From a bacterium (GTDB lineage Bacteria > Bacillota > DTU030 > DUMP01), in assembly GCA_035271345.1 (NCBI GenBank), contig DATERQ010000118.1, positions 1 through 35,790 on the forward strand: 35,790 nt of DNA. Reading direction: 5' to 3'. The notes beneath the pieces were generated by a model. That model was not told the origin of the DNA. It saw only the letters and a program-made list of their open reading frames with translations, and ran no database searches. The translations under genes were made by a program, and so were the position numbers. This document shows, piece by piece, positions 25,375-35,407 of the stretch (its first letter is position 1; the number at the start of each line of letters is the position of its first letter).

Positions 25375-27231
25375 TTAATCATTGTTGGTGTCCGCTCTTT
25401 CAGGCTCACTTAAGCCAAAATAAGCAGCCAAAATTTCCCGACCCACAGGGGCAGCCGCCGAACTGCCATGCCCACCTTTTTCGATTAATACCGCAATGGC
25501 AATTTCCGGGTCTTCATAGGGGGCGAAAGCAACAAACCAAGCATGGTCTGCACCATGTGGATTTTGAGCTGTACCTGTTTTTCCTGCCACTGAAACCGGA
25601 AAATCCAAAAAATAGTACGCGGCTGTGCCCTCCCCTTTAGTAACAAGGTGCATTCCTTCCCTAAGGGCAGCGATGGTTTCCGGAGCAAGATTGAGTTCTT
25701 CAATAATCTGGGGCTGGGTTACCTGCTCCACTGATCCTTCGATGGAGATTATTTCACTGGCCAAATAAGGCCGATATCTGGTACCTCCATTAGCTATGGT
25801 GGCAACATAATTAGCCATTTGGAGCGGTGTAAAAGACGAAAACCCTTGCCCGATGGCGGCACTCAGGGTTTCGCCTGGCTGCCAGGGTTCTGGCTGGTTA
25901 AGGCCCAGGTCTCGATAATGTTTTAGTTTCCAATCGGGAGTGGCTAACAATCCGTCGGCTTCTAACGGATACAAATCGATACCGGTGCGCTGGCCTAAAC
26001 CATATAAATCAGCGTAGCGGTTGAGTTTGTCAATGCCGGTCCGATAGCCCAGATCATAAAAGAAAACATTGCAGGATACAGCTATAGCCCGTGTCAAGTT
26101 AACCACGCCATGACCACCCGGTTTCCAACACTTTTTTGGTTCTACCCGCCAATATACACCGCGATCAACAATGGTATCATCTGGCTTAATAATACCTGTT
26201 TCCAAACCAGCCGTGGCTGTAACCATTTTAAAAATAGAACCCGGCGGATAGGAGCCGCGTATGGCCCTATTCAGTTGCGGCTGCCAAGTAGCGTCGCTGA
26301 TGCTGGCCCAAGTATCAGGCGGGATCGTCTCCTTGGTAAAAATATTAGGGTCAAACGAAGGTTCACTGGATAAAGCCAGAACACCACCTGTTCGAACATC
26401 GATGGCTACCGCTGCAGCAGCCTGGGTGGGAAATTCTTTTTTTATATCATCCATTCCGGACCGCAGTGCAAGCACAGTTGCTTCTTGCAATTTGCGGTCC
26501 AAAGTGAGTTTTAGGCTATGGCCTGGAACAGGCATTTGCCGCCCCGGTAGCAGTTTAACTGGCCGGCCATCGGCATCCACCTCTACCTGTTGCCCCCCTG
26601 CTTTGCCCCGCAAGTATTCATCGTAAACACGTTCTAACCCGGTCTTACCTACAATATCCCCCATTTTATAGCCCTTTTCACGCCAAGACTCCAGCTCCTC
26701 CCGATCAATTTCACGTACATAGCCAAAAACGTGGGCCCCAATATCGGCCAACAAATAATCACGTACTGGTTGCTCTTCAATCATCACACCCGGCAGTTCA
26801 GACTGATGTTCGGCAATTTTAGTCAGGGTATCAATATCTGCATCGGTAGCAATGCGAATTGGTGTGTAGGGACGATACTCTTTCCGGTCCTGCAACCGTT
26901 GCACTCTTTCTTTGACAATTTGCCTTACATCGTAGCCCAAAACTTCGCCTAATCGGGCTAAGGTGGCATCTGGATCATCCATATCCATGGGGACAACACT
27001 TATCACTGGCGCCAACCGACTGGTAACAAGTATGTTGCCGTTTCGGTCGAGAATATTTCCTCGAGGAGCCGCCAGCGGCAACAGACGAATTCGATTTTCT
27101 GTCGCCATCCTCTCATATTTTTCGCCTTCGGTAATCTGCAGATATGCCAGCCGGCCTAGGAGAAAAGCGAAAACCAGCACGGCAATAATTGACATTATAA
27201 TCAAGCGCTGTTCAATAATTTTAGGGTTCAT
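25375..27231 (-). CDS. mrdA: Penicillin-binding protein 2 (elongasome transpeptidase)
   Basis: 618 aa. N-terminal TM plus PBP dimerisation domain. SxxK (GSIFK), SxN (SCN) and KTG (KTGTA) motifs. Position is after mreD. Confidence 0.9.
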   Translation of the reverse strand: MNPKIIEQRLIIMSIIAVLVFAFLLGRLAYLQITEGEKYERMATENRIRLLPLAAPRGNILDRNGNILVTSRLAPVISVVPMDMDDPDATLARLGEVLGYDVRQIVKERVQRLQDRKEYRPYTPIRIATDADIDTLTKIAEHQSELPGVMIEEQPVRDYLLADIGAHVFGYVREIDREELESWREKGYKMGDIVGKTGLERVYDEYLRGKAGGQQVEVDADGRPVKLLPGRQMPVPGHSLKLTLDRKLQEATVLALRSGMDDIKKEFPTQAAAAVAIDVRTGGVLALSSEPSFDPNIFTKETIPPDTWASISDATWQPQLNRAIRGSYPPGSIFKMVTATAGLETGIIKPDDTIVDRGVYWRVEPKKCWKPGGHGVVNLTRAIAVSCNVFFYDLGYRTGIDKLNRYADLYGLGQRTGIDLYPLEADGLLATPDWKLKHYRDLGLNQPEPWQPGETLSAAIGQGFSSFTPLQMANYVATIANGGTRYRPYLASEIISIEGSVEQVTQPQIIEELNLAPETIAALREGMHLVTKGEGTAAYYFLDFPVSVAGKTGTAQNPHGADHAWFVAFAPYEDPEIAIAVLIEKGGHGSSAAAPVGREILAAYFGLSEPERADTNND

Positions 27232-27242
27232 GGGGCCTCACC

Positions 27243-27767
27243 TCACAGCAACGGCTGACGCCGGTCATAGGGGCTAGGTTTGTAAATAGATTCACAAATG
27301 CGGTAAATAGCCGGCGAAAACAGCGCCGTCGCCACAGCGGTGGGAAAGATCACTTTGCGGACAACAATCACGAAGGCCCATTCTATTTCACCAAAGAGGC
27401 CCGAGGCTAAATAAAAAATAACCCCTTCAGCTAAACCTGCACCAAACAGGGCTATTGCTGGTAGGATAATGTTTTCCTTAAAGACTTTTCCCTCTAACAA
27501 ACCCAAGGCAAAACCCACTATGCTTTTGGCTAGAGCATGACTCCCGGGTAAACTACCCGACATTAGATCCTCCAGTAAACCACCTACGCTTCCCCAGAGT
27601 AAGCCTCGGGGCCAACCGTGGAGCAATGCAATGGAACCCACAGCAGCCAAAATAAAATCAGGCCTTACCCCAAATAGTTTCAACTTGTAAAGAAATGTGC
27701 CTTGCAGCACCAAAACAGCAACCAGACCCCCCAGGATCAGGAAAAACCGGCGAGTGGAAAGGCTCAT
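27243..27767 (-). CDS. mreD: Rod shape-determining protein MreD
   Basis: 174-aa polytopic membrane protein directly after mreC. The sequence itself is poorly diagnostic, so the call rests on size, topology and synteny. Confidence 0.75.
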   Translation of the reverse strand: MSLSTRRFFLILGGLVAVLVLQGTFLYKLKLFGVRPDFILAAVGSIALLHGWPRGLLWGSVGGLLEDLMSGSLPGSHALAKSIVGFALGLLEGKVFKENIILPAIALFGAGLAEGVIFYLASGLFGEIEWAFVIVVRKVIFPTAVATALFSPAIYRICESIYKPSPYDRRQPLL

Positions 27768-27778
27768 CTCCCTCCCCC

Positions 27779-28603
27779 CTAGCTTTGCGATTCCAAGATA
27801 ACCAATACTTCTTCTAGATGATCCAAATCAACAGTTGGTTTCACCCGGGCAAATTTGCCCAAACCGTAATCTTCCGCCTGCACTTCCATTACTTGCCCAA
27901 GGACAAGTCCTTTTGGAAAATTACCGCCCAAGCCAGAGGTGATAATAATTTCCCCCACTTGCACCGATGCTGTGCGGGGAAGATATACTAGCCGGCAATA
28001 GCCTTCCTCATCGCCGCCCCTAAGAACACCCACATCACGACTCGATTGCCCCATGGCACCAACAGCGCTGCGTTGGTCGCTGATCAACAGTACTTCAGCC
28101 GTTCTAGCAGACACTTTTTGTACCCGGCCTACCACACCATCATTCGTTATCACAACACTGTCGGCTTCCACTTTAGCCTGGCAACCCTGATCGATAATTA
28201 AAGTATTGTACCAATTGCTCGAATCCCTAGCCACTACCCTGGCCGCAACAAACCTAAATACTTCCATAGCCGGTGGTAAATTTAACAACTTCCGCAAGCG
28301 GACATTTTCCTCTCGAGTTTCAATGGCCAGGTTCTGTTCCGCCTTTAATCGTGCTATTTCTGCACTAAGATAGGCGTTCTCTTCCCCAAGACGCTTAATC
28401 GTAGTAATGTAGTCTATCGTAGAGCCAATCTTATAGCTACAAGAAAGTATTGTTTTTTGGACCGGTGCTAATAAATCCCGTAACAATCCTTCCGCTGGGT
28501 CTATTTTGCTGCCCTCTTTGGTGGCGATACTCATAAGGAGAGTAAGCAACACCGTAGCCACAGCCAAAAGCAAATATTTGTGATTTCGCAGTTGTGACGG
28601 CAT
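27779..28603 (-). CDS. mreC: Rod shape-determining protein MreC
   Basis: N-terminal TM, coiled coil (ENAYLSAEIARLKAE...ENVRLRKLL), and a C-terminal beta-barrel region (VITNDGVVGRV...GEIIITSGLGGNFPKGL.LG.V). ATG at 28603; the track start at 28639 overlaps mreB. Confidence 0.85.
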   Translation of the reverse strand: MPSQLRNHKYLLLAVATVLLTLLMSIATKEGSKIDPAEGLLRDLLAPVQKTILSCSYKIGSTIDYITTIKRLGEENAYLSAEIARLKAEQNLAIETREENVRLRKLLNLPPAMEVFRFVAARVVARDSSNWYNTLIIDQGCQAKVEADSVVITNDGVVGRVQKVSARTAEVLLISDQRSAVGAMGQSSRDVGVLRGGDEEGYCRLVYLPRTASVQVGEIIITSGLGGNFPKGLVLGQVMEVQAEDYGLGKFARVKPTVDLDHLEEVLVILESQS

Positions 28604-28619
28604 TGCTACACCACTTTCG

Positions 28620-29663
28620 TTAACCACGTTTTGGCGCAATTAGCACACGGCCCAAAACATCGATTTCATCCAAGGCTTTTCCGGTACCTTCAGCAACACA
28701 AGTAAGGGCATTCACGGCTATATGCACCGGCATACCAGTTTCCTTTTGTAACAATGCATCAACACCTTGTAGCAATGATCCACCACCGGTCATAACAATG
28801 CCCCGATCCATAATATCCGCCGCCAATTCTGGCGGTGTTTTTTCCAGAGTAACTTTTACTGCCTCCACAATGGCAGCAATTGGTTCAGACAGTGCCTCGT
28901 GCATTTCGGCTGCACTGATAGTGATCGTCTTAGGTAATCCCGTCACCAGGTCCCGCCCTCGGATTTCACGTTCAACCGTTTCCAGTTCTTTACTAAGGAA
29001 GGCTGATCCAAGATTAATCTTTACTTCTTCCGCCGTCCGCTCGCCAATCATTAAATTATAAGTACGCTTAATATACTGCACAATAGCCTCATCCATTTCA
29101 TCGCCACCAATCCTAATGGAACGGCAAGTAACAATACCTCCCAAAGAAATCACGGCTACTTCGGTGGTTCCACCGCCGATATCCACTATCATGTTTCCGG
29201 TGGGCTCATTGACTGGAAGTTCAGCCCCAATAGCCGCTGCCATAGGCTCTTCAATTAAAAATGCTTCCCGGGCCCCAGCCTGAAGAGTCGCATCCAGCAC
29301 TGCCCTTTTTTCTACTTCAGTAACTCCGGAAGGAATACTTACAATAACTCGAGGTTTTATTAAGCCGCGGGCACGGTTTGCCTTACCAATAAAATGCCGC
29401 ATCATGGCTTGAGTCATATCAAAATCGGCAATCACCCCATCCTTCATCGGGCGGATGGCAACAATGTTGCCTGGCGTGCGACCAATCATGCGCTTTGCTT
29501 CTTCGCCCACCGCTAGATTAGCCCCAGTATCTCGTTGAATAGCCACAACTGACGGTTCTTGCAGAACAACCCCCCGGTTTTTTACAAATACTAATGTATT
29601 AGCCGTACCTAAATCTATCCCCATATCGCGAGAGAATTGGTTGAGGATGAAGCTTATCACCAT
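28620..29663 (-). CDS. mreB: Rod shape-determining actin homologue MreB
   Basis: [32 protein letters not shown] and other actin-fold motifs over the full length. Confidence 0.95.
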   Translation of the reverse strand: MVISFILNQFSRDMGIDLGTANTLVFVKNRGVVLQEPSVVAIQRDTGANLAVGEEAKRMIGRTPGNIVAIRPMKDGVIADFDMTQAMMRHFIGKANRARGLIKPRVIVSIPSGVTEVEKRAVLDATLQAGAREAFLIEEPMAAAIGAELPVNEPTGNMIVDIGGGTTEVAVISLGGIVTCRSIRIGGDEMDEAIVQYIKRTYNLMIGERTAEEVKINLGSAFLSKELETVEREIRGRDLVTGLPKTITISAAEMHEALSEPIAAIVEAVKVTLEKTPPELAADIMDRGIVMTGGGSLLQGVDALLQKETGMPVHIAVNALTCVAEGTGKALDEIDVLGRVLIAPKRG

Positions 29664-29695
29664 CTATTTCTAGACCCCTTTCCCCGACTTAGCTG

Positions 29696-30409
29696 CTATT
29701 TTGGAGCTGGTAGATTGATAAACCCGCGTTCGCGGAGGCTAACATAACGGCCATGGCCAATAACAACATGATCCAATACTTGAATTCCCAGCAACGCCCC
29801 GGCTTGGGACAATCTGTCAGTGAGCTTGATATCCTCCACACTTGGTTCAGGGTCACCGCTGGGATGATTATGCACCAATATAACCGCGGCCGCGCTTTTT
29901 CTAATGCAACCTTTAAATAACTCCCGCGGATGCACCAGAGCTGCACTCAAGCTACCCACAGCCACCGTTTCCTGCGCTAGGACTTGATTTTTTGTATTTA
30001 ACATGATGGTGCGGAAATGTTCGCGGTCCAAATATTGCATTTCACTTTTCACCAAATAATACGCGTCCTCTGGCGAACGAACATAATTCCCATCCTCGAC
30101 CCGTTCCAGCATAAGACGTTTGCCCAACTCCAAAGCTGCCTTAATTTGAGCCGATTTGGCGGGCCCAATACCAGGGACGGCAGATAGTTCTTCAATGTTA
30201 GCCGTAGCTAAATGGCGTAAAGCACCGTCTTTCCCGCCAATAGACAGCAGACGTTGCGCCACTTGGATCGCAGTCCGCCCTTTATGGCCAGTACGTAAAA
30301 TAATAGCCAACAACTCAGCCGTCGCCAGATTCTCAGCCCCTTGTTCAATTAGACGCTGTCGCGGCTGGCTGTCTAAGGGCAATTCCTTTAAGGTTAGATG
30401 ATACTTCAT
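29696..30409 (-). CDS. radC: RadC-family JAB/MPN domain protein
   Basis: HhH N-terminus (ELLAIILRTG) and C-terminal JAB motif (LVHNHPSGDPEPS.ED). The ATG at 30409 overlaps the maf stop (ATGA); the track start at 30451 is an over-extension. Confidence 0.85.
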   Translation of the reverse strand: MKYHLTLKELPLDSQPRQRLIEQGAENLATAELLAIILRTGHKGRTAIQVAQRLLSIGGKDGALRHLATANIEELSAVPGIGPAKSAQIKAALELGKRLMLERVEDGNYVRSPEDAYYLVKSEMQYLDREHFRTIMLNTKNQVLAQETVAVGSLSAALVHPRELFKGCIRKSAAAVILVHNHPSGDPEPSVEDIKLTDRLSQAGALLGIQVLDHVVIGHGRYVSLRERGFINLPAPK

Positions 30410-31014
30410 TCTTGGACTTCCTCTCCATACTTTAACAAATCGACTCCCCATCGGGCCAAAAGAGCGGCCAATTTTACCAAGGGCAAACCCACCACGTTGA
30501 AATAACAGCCCTGAATTCGCTCCACCAACAAGGCCCCTTTATCTTGAATACCGTAGGCCCCAGCCTTGTCAAACGGCTCTTTCGTGGCAACATATGCGCT
30601 AATCTCTTCACTGCTAAGAGGTTTGATTTTGACTGCGGTGACTTCGTTAGAAACCGCCATGCCACCTGTTTGAGGATCAAAAATTGCCACCCCGGTAAAT
30701 ACCTGATGCCACCGCCCAGAAAGTCGCCGAAGCATAGCAGCCGCCTCGTGTTCATCTTCTGGTTTGCCCAACACAGAACCGTCCAGAACTACTATGGTAT
30801 CTGCCCCAATAACCAAAGAGTTTGCGGCCACCGACAAGGTTCTCCCCACCGTTTCAGCTTTAAACTTGGCTAAGGACTCCACTAACCGCTCTGGGTTACT
30901 GGTGGATGGCCTGGTTTCTGTTGCCAGGCTTGGGATAATGGTAAAGGAAACCCCTAGATTGTCCAATAGTTGTTTCCGGCGCGGCGATTGTGAGGCTAAG
31001 ACAAGTTTTTTCAT
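30406..31014 (-). CDS. maf: Maf-like nucleoside triphosphate pyrophosphatase (septum formation inhibitor family)
   Basis: LVLASQSPRRKQLL, GADTIV, AGAYGIQ motifs. The ATG at 31014 (MKKLVLASQSPRR) fits the family N-terminus; an alternative ATG lies at 31029. Confidence 0.9.
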   Translation of the reverse strand: MKKLVLASQSPRRKQLLDNLGVSFTIIPSLATETRPSTSNPERLVESLAKFKAETVGRTLSVAANSLVIGADTIVVLDGSVLGKPEDEHEAAAMLRRLSGRWHQVFTGVAIFDPQTGGMAVSNEVTAVKIKPLSSEEISAYVATKEPFDKAGAYGIQDKGALLVERIQGCYFNVVGLPLVKLAALLARWGVDLLKYGEEVQE

Positions 31015-31036
31015 GATTGTAAATCTCATCTAAACA

Positions 31037-31288
31037 CTATAGCAATCGGTATAACAAATAACCCACAATTAATCCCATCGCCCCGGCTACAGTGAGGTGA
31101 AGGCTTAAACCAAAGGTTATTTGTAATATACCTAAATTAAGTGTAAAGGGAGAAAGTCCAACTGTTTGCCCAAGGACCAAAAACGGGAGGTACTCTTTGA
31201 AGAATTGGCCTAAAACACCACCGAGAAAAGCACCGACCACAAGAAGCACAATTAAAAGACCGCTGCTGCGATATCTACGCATAGACAT
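31037..31288 (-). CDS. DUF4321 family small membrane protein
   Basis: About 83 aa, two TM segments (LLIVLLVVGAFLGGVLG...; TVAGAMGLIVGYLLY), upstream of maf-radC-mreB as is usual for DUF4321 in Clostridia. The ATG at 31288 shares its A with the preceding TGA (TGATG) and follows AAAGGAGG. Confidence 0.7.
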   Translation of the reverse strand: MSMRRYRSSGLLIVLLVVGAFLGGVLGQFFKEYLPFLVLGQTVGLSPFTLNLGILQITFGLSLHLTVAGAMGLIVGYLLYRLL

Positions 31289-31902
31289 CAATCCTCCTTT
31301 GGCAACTGGGGGCTCCAATTACATATTCTACATCTGCAGATTAAGTCCTGTCGATCCCCGCCATAACCAGTAGATTCCAATCTACTATGAACCGGGAAAA
31401 ACCGGCGCAGAATAAAGCCTGATACGGTACCAATAAAATAGCCTGTGGGCAAACCAAAAACCAGAAGGTAGGGTAAATAAAACAAGAGTCCCACGTTGCG
31501 GGCAAGAAAAATAGCCATCAGAAGTTGGGCTGTGTTGTGGGCCACAGCTCCAATAATGCTGGTGCCAATAACGCTAACAGACCCTTTGCTTGCCGAGAGC
31601 GTCATCATCATAGCACTGACACTACCAATGGCACCAGCGGCGCTTAACAGAAATGTAGGACTAAGGAGGGTGCCGGCTAAAAGGGAACCCAAAAACACCC
31701 GCAGTCCCACTACCTTCCAGGCATCACTCCTGGGAAACAAGGCCAAGGTCACCATCGTAACGATATTGGCTAAGCCCAGCTTAGCCCCGGGCATGGCAGC
31801 CAAAGCAGGTAAGTAGGATTCCATCACATGAAGCACAGATCCACTAGCCACCAACTGCGATAGAATTAATAGCCTTTGTGTTTTTCCCTTTTTATGGCCC
31901 AT
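31288..31902 (-). CDS. Gx transporter / PF07456 ('heptaprenyl diphosphate synthase component I'-named) polytopic membrane protein
   Basis: About 200-aa membrane protein with the family pattern (LHV.ES.LP...PG.KLGLANIVT...; IIGAVAHNTAQL). The ATG at 31902 lies 8 nt after GGAG; the track start is TTG at 31908. Confidence 0.7.
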   Translation of the reverse strand: MGHKKGKTQRLLILSQLVASGSVLHVMESYLPALAAMPGAKLGLANIVTMVTLALFPRSDAWKVVGLRVFLGSLLAGTLLSPTFLLSAAGAIGSVSAMMMTLSASKGSVSVIGTSIIGAVAHNTAQLLMAIFLARNVGLLFYLPYLLVFGLPTGYFIGTVSGFILRRFFPVHSRLESTGYGGDRQDLICRCRICNWSPQLPKED

Positions 31903-31914
31903 ACCCAAATCTCC

Positions 31915-32301
31915 TTATTGGCTGAGACCGTCATAATGGTAATCAACGCCGCTCACCAGGCGAACTATAATTCGGTTAGGAATGCAGATAATGGACTCAC
32001 CGGGGTGGCTTATCCATCCTGTTCCAATACATATTTTGTCAGGGCAGGGTGATTCTACCATCCTTATTTTATTGTCTCCAACCTCAAGTAGGCTATACCC
32101 GACAACGCCCCGGATTCGGTATTGCTCTCCCAGCTCACTAACGGAAAGGGAACCCCTCCGCATTTCTTGCCCATCTACTTCTATTACAACCTCAACTGGG
32201 CCCGAAGCCATAAAATGGTTGTTCCATAATAAAATAAGGCCAGCAGACGATACGGCCACAATAAGAATCACAGCCACCACAGTTTTATCACCTGGTGTCA
32301 T
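31915..32301 (-). CDS. NusG domain II-containing (PF07009-like) membrane-anchored protein
   Basis: 128 aa. N-terminal TM, then a beta-rich domain with the CPDKICI.TGWISHPGESIICIPNRIIV motif typical of this family. The start overlaps the apbE stop (ATGA). Confidence 0.65.
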   Translation of the reverse strand: MTPGDKTVVAVILIVAVSSAGLILLWNNHFMASGPVEVVIEVDGQEMRRGSLSVSELGEQYRIRGVVGYSLLEVGDNKIRMVESPCPDKICIGTGWISHPGESIICIPNRIIVRLVSGVDYHYDGLSQ

Positions 32302-33326
32302 CGGTTTGTCCCTTCTTTGCCAACAAGTTCCAGCCGATTTTTATAAGGCCCAGCGGCATGCACATGTAACTCAGGTGTCACTATCAAAGAAGTCAGGTTG
32401 GGCAACTGTTTAACCACAGCCATTCCCCTGTCGGCCCCAAGAACAAACACTGCTGTAGATAAAATGTCGGCTTCAGTACTGCTTTCCCCTATTATTGTAG
32501 CGGATAATAATTCCTGGGCAGGATATCCTGTCTGGGGATCAAAAATATGGTGATAGCGCATTCCATCCCGAATAAAATAGCGTTCGTAATCCCCTGATGT
32601 AACAATGGTCAAATCCCGGCTTGGCAGTACAGCCACCGCTTTCCATTTTCCTTCCGGACGCGGATGACGGATACCTATCCGCCACATTTTGCCGTCAGGT
32701 CGTAGGCCCAGGGTCCAGATGTTGCCCCCAGCATCGATTAAAGCTGAATCAATACCGTATTCCCGCAGTACTTCCCGGGCTTGATCAGCGGCATAACCTT
32801 TGCCCACCCCGCCTAAATCGATACCCATGCCAACCTCCGGTAAAAATACTGACTGCGTCTGCCGGTCCAAAACCATTTTACCATAACCCACCAGTTCCAA
32901 TGCTTGTTTAATCTTTTCCGCTGTGGGAACGCTTTCCCGTTCAGTACCGATAGCCCATAATTCCACTAACGGACGCACAGTAATATCAAAAGCTCCAGCC
33001 GACAAAGCACTATAATACTGGCAGCGCTCCAGCAACTCGAACAGTTCGTCACCCACTGGAACCGGTTCAAAACCGGCTTTGCTGTTGATGGCCGCTATTT
33101 CACTATCCGGATCATTGGCATCCAACAATCCCCCCACTCGCCTAACTTCGGCCAGGGCGGCTACCACCGCTTCTTCGGCTTCAGAACCATAAGCGGTAAT
33201 TGTGACAACCGTATCTAATAAAAATTCAGACCGGCGCACCTCAGGCGGGGTTCCTCGACAGCCGCTTAATTGCAAGCTTGCAACCAGCAAAAATAGGGTT
33301 GTCAGCCCAATCCATCGTAATTGCAC
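32298..33326 (-). CDS. apbE: FAD:protein FMN transferase ApbE, predicted lipoprotein
   Basis: ApbE family blocks (AFDITV.PL..LW; GGVGKGYA.D; ID.GGN; TSGDYERYF...G.RYHHI.DP.TG.P). Signal peptide with lipobox LSGC (Cys23). GTG start. Confidence 0.85.
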   Translation of the reverse strand: MQLRWIGLTTLFLLVASLQLSGCRGTPPEVRRSEFLLDTVVTITAYGSEAEEAVVAALAEVRRVGGLLDANDPDSEIAAINSKAGFEPVPVGDELFELLERCQYYSALSAGAFDITVRPLVELWAIGTERESVPTAEKIKQALELVGYGKMVLDRQTQSVFLPEVGMGIDLGGVGKGYAADQAREVLREYGIDSALIDAGGNIWTLGLRPDGKMWRIGIRHPRPEGKWKAVAVLPSRDLTIVTSGDYERYFIRDGMRYHHIFDPQTGYPAQELLSATIIGESSTEADILSTAVFVLGADRGMAVVKQLPNLTSLIVTPELHVHAAGPYKNRLELVGKEGTNR

Positions 33327-33363
33327 TCAAGTCAACCTTTCGTTCGTTCAGGCGGTTTGCTTA

Positions 33364-34176
33364 TCATACTGCAATTGATGATGACTGCCCGGTAGTAGTT
33401 TCGTCAATAATAATTTTTCGCGGGCATTTTTCAGCACAAAGACCACAGTTTGTACACTTACTATAATCTATTCGGGCCAAGTTGTCTTTTACCTTAATGG
33501 CATCATGCTGGCAAACCTTCTCGCAAATACGGCAGGCAATACAGCCCACTTCACACACTTCCCGTGTTTCGCGCCCAGGTGCAGTGGAGCTGCAAGCCAC
33601 AAACACCCGGCTTGGTGCTGGAACCAACTCCAATACCGCCTGCGGACAAGCTTCTACACAAACACCGCAGCCGGTACAAAGAGAACGATCCACCTGAGGC
33701 AGATTATCTGAATCCATGGTAATGGCACCAAAGGGACAAGCCCGGGCACAATTCCCTAGTCCCAGGCAGCCATAGATGCAAGCCTTTCCACCAAAGGCAA
33801 AACTTTTTGCACTGCGGCAATCATTCAGTCCTATATATTCGGCCCTTTGCTTTGCGTGCTGATTGCCACCCCGGCAGATAAGCCGGGCTATTAAACAGTC
33901 CTCTGCTTTCACTTCAATGCCCAATATTCTAGCTATGGACTGAGCAACCTTGGATCCACAAACAGTGCACGCTGTTGGCGATACCTCACCTTTAATAATG
34001 GCTGCCGCCAAGCCACTACAACCGGGGTAGCCGCAAGCACCACAGTTGGCCCCTGGCAGCAATTCCAGAATCTCTTCCGCTTTAGAATCCTTATCGACAG
34101 CAAATATACGAGCGGCAACACCAAGGAGGACTCCAAACAACAAGCCCAACCCCCCAAGGCCCAAAATAGCTGACAT
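33364..34176 (-). CDS. rnfB: Rnf electron transport complex subunit B
   Basis: N-terminal TM, LPG.NCGACGYPGC motif, and multiple CxxCxxCxxxCP ferredoxin motifs. Follows rnfA. Confidence 0.9.
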   Translation of the reverse strand: MSAILGLGGLGLLFGVLLGVAARIFAVDKDSKAEEILELLPGANCGACGYPGCSGLAAAIIKGEVSPTACTVCGSKVAQSIARILGIEVKAEDCLIARLICRGGNQHAKQRAEYIGLNDCRSAKSFAFGGKACIYGCLGLGNCARACPFGAITMDSDNLPQVDRSLCTGCGVCVEACPQAVLELVPAPSRVFVACSSTAPGRETREVCEVGCIACRICEKVCQHDAIKVKDNLARIDYSKCTNCGLCAEKCPRKIIIDETTTGQSSSIAV

Positions 34177-34189
34177 CAGTTATCACCCC

Positions 34190-34777
34190 CTAAAATAGAA
34201 TACCTCTAAATAAACCTTGAAAACCAAAGAAAGCTATCGACATTAAACCTGTTGCCACCAACGCAATGGGAAATCCACGCATACTGGGGGATATTGGAGC
34301 AAAAGCTAACCGCTCCCGGATTCCGGCAAACAGAATAATCGCCAAGGACCAACCCACAGCACTAGCGGCCCCGCTTACTACACTTTCCAAAAAGTTGTAG
34401 CCTTCAGTAATATTAAGAAGCGCCACACCCAAGACGGCACAGTTGGTGGTAATCAAGGGCAGGTAGATTCCAAGTGCTTGATATAAAACCGGGCTTACCT
34501 TTAGAATCACCATTTCCACAAACTGTACTAAGGTTGCGATGACAAGGATAAAAGCTATGGTCTGCATATAATTGAGTCCAAATCGTTCAAGCAGATATCG
34601 GTTCAAGATCCAGGTCACACCTGAAGCCATGGTCATGACAAATATAACCGCCAGGCTCATTCCGGTAGCAGTTTCCACCTGTTTGGAAACACCCCAGAAA
34701 GGACAAAGGCCCAGGAAGCGGCTAAAAATATAATTGTTTATTAGAATGCCGCCAATAATAATCGCCAGGTAGTTCAC
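34190..34777 (-). CDS. rnfA: Rnf electron transport complex subunit A
   Basis: 195-aa polytopic protein with RnfA/NqrE signature (NNYIFSRFLGLCPF.GVS; LGIYLPLITTNCAVLG). GTG start with a GGGGG RBS. Confidence 0.9.
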   Translation of the reverse strand: MNYLAIIIGGILINNYIFSRFLGLCPFWGVSKQVETATGMSLAVIFVMTMASGVTWILNRYLLERFGLNYMQTIAFILVIATLVQFVEMVILKVSPVLYQALGIYLPLITTNCAVLGVALLNITEGYNFLESVVSGAASAVGWSLAIILFAGIRERLAFAPISPSMRGFPIALVATGLMSIAFFGFQGLFRGILF

Positions 34778-34778
34778 T

Positions 34779-35390
34779 TTAAGTCCCCCTTGTTCCCTCT
34801 GTTTTGCCGGTAAGAACGTTAAGCCCAGCCAATAAATAGCCCAGGGTCACAAAAGCTCCTGGTGGTAATATCATCACTATGGCCGGCTCAAATGTCTGCG
34901 GGAAAACTTGCAGGCCCCACCAAGTGCCATTTCCCAGTAGCTCACGGATAGAAGCAAGAACAAGCAGAGACAAGGTAAAACCAATGGCCATCCCAAGGCC
35001 ATCGGCAACAGAATAAAGGAGGTTATTCTTGCTGGCAAAAGCTTCGGCCCGGGCTAAAATAATACAGTTTACTACAATCAAAGGTACAAATACCCCCAAC
35101 TTGGCATGGATATCTGGTTGGATCGCTTTTAATGTCAAATCTGCTACCGTAGTGAAAGTAGCGATGACGACAATGAAAATTGGAATCCTAATTTCAGCCG
35201 GTACTACTTTTCTGAGTAAAGACACCAGGGCATTGGACGCCGTCAAGACAAAAATCACTGCGATTCCCATCCAAAATCCGTTGGCTACTGCCGTTGTCAC
35301 CGCTAACGGGGCACACATACCGATAACCATTCTTAGTACCGGATTTTCGTTGATAATACCATTGGAAAAAGTGTTCCAAAGCCGTCTCAT
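34779..35390 (-). CDS. rnfE: Rnf electron transport complex subunit E
   Basis: RnfE/NqrD signature (NPVL....G.C..LAVTT; LGVFVPLIVVNCIILARAEAFA). The ATG at 35390 lies 5 nt after GGGGGTGGG; the track start is GTG at 35399. Confidence 0.9.
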   Translation of the reverse strand: MRRLWNTFSNGIINENPVLRMVIGMCAPLAVTTAVANGFWMGIAVIFVLTASNALVSLLRKVVPAEIRIPIFIVVIATFTTVADLTLKAIQPDIHAKLGVFVPLIVVNCIILARAEAFASKNNLLYSVADGLGMAIGFTLSLLVLASIRELLGNGTWWGLQVFPQTFEPAIVMILPPGAFVTLGYLLAGLNVLTGKTEGTRGT

Positions 35391-35407
35391 TCTTCCCACC
35401 CCCTGAT

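Noticed and set aside
31915-32301. Possibility that the small membrane-anchored protein after apbE is a cryptic RnfG
   Set aside because: It has no FMN_bind-type [ST]GA[ST] flavinylation motif. Its sequence matches the NusG-domain-II (CPDKICI...GWI...PNR) family pattern instead.
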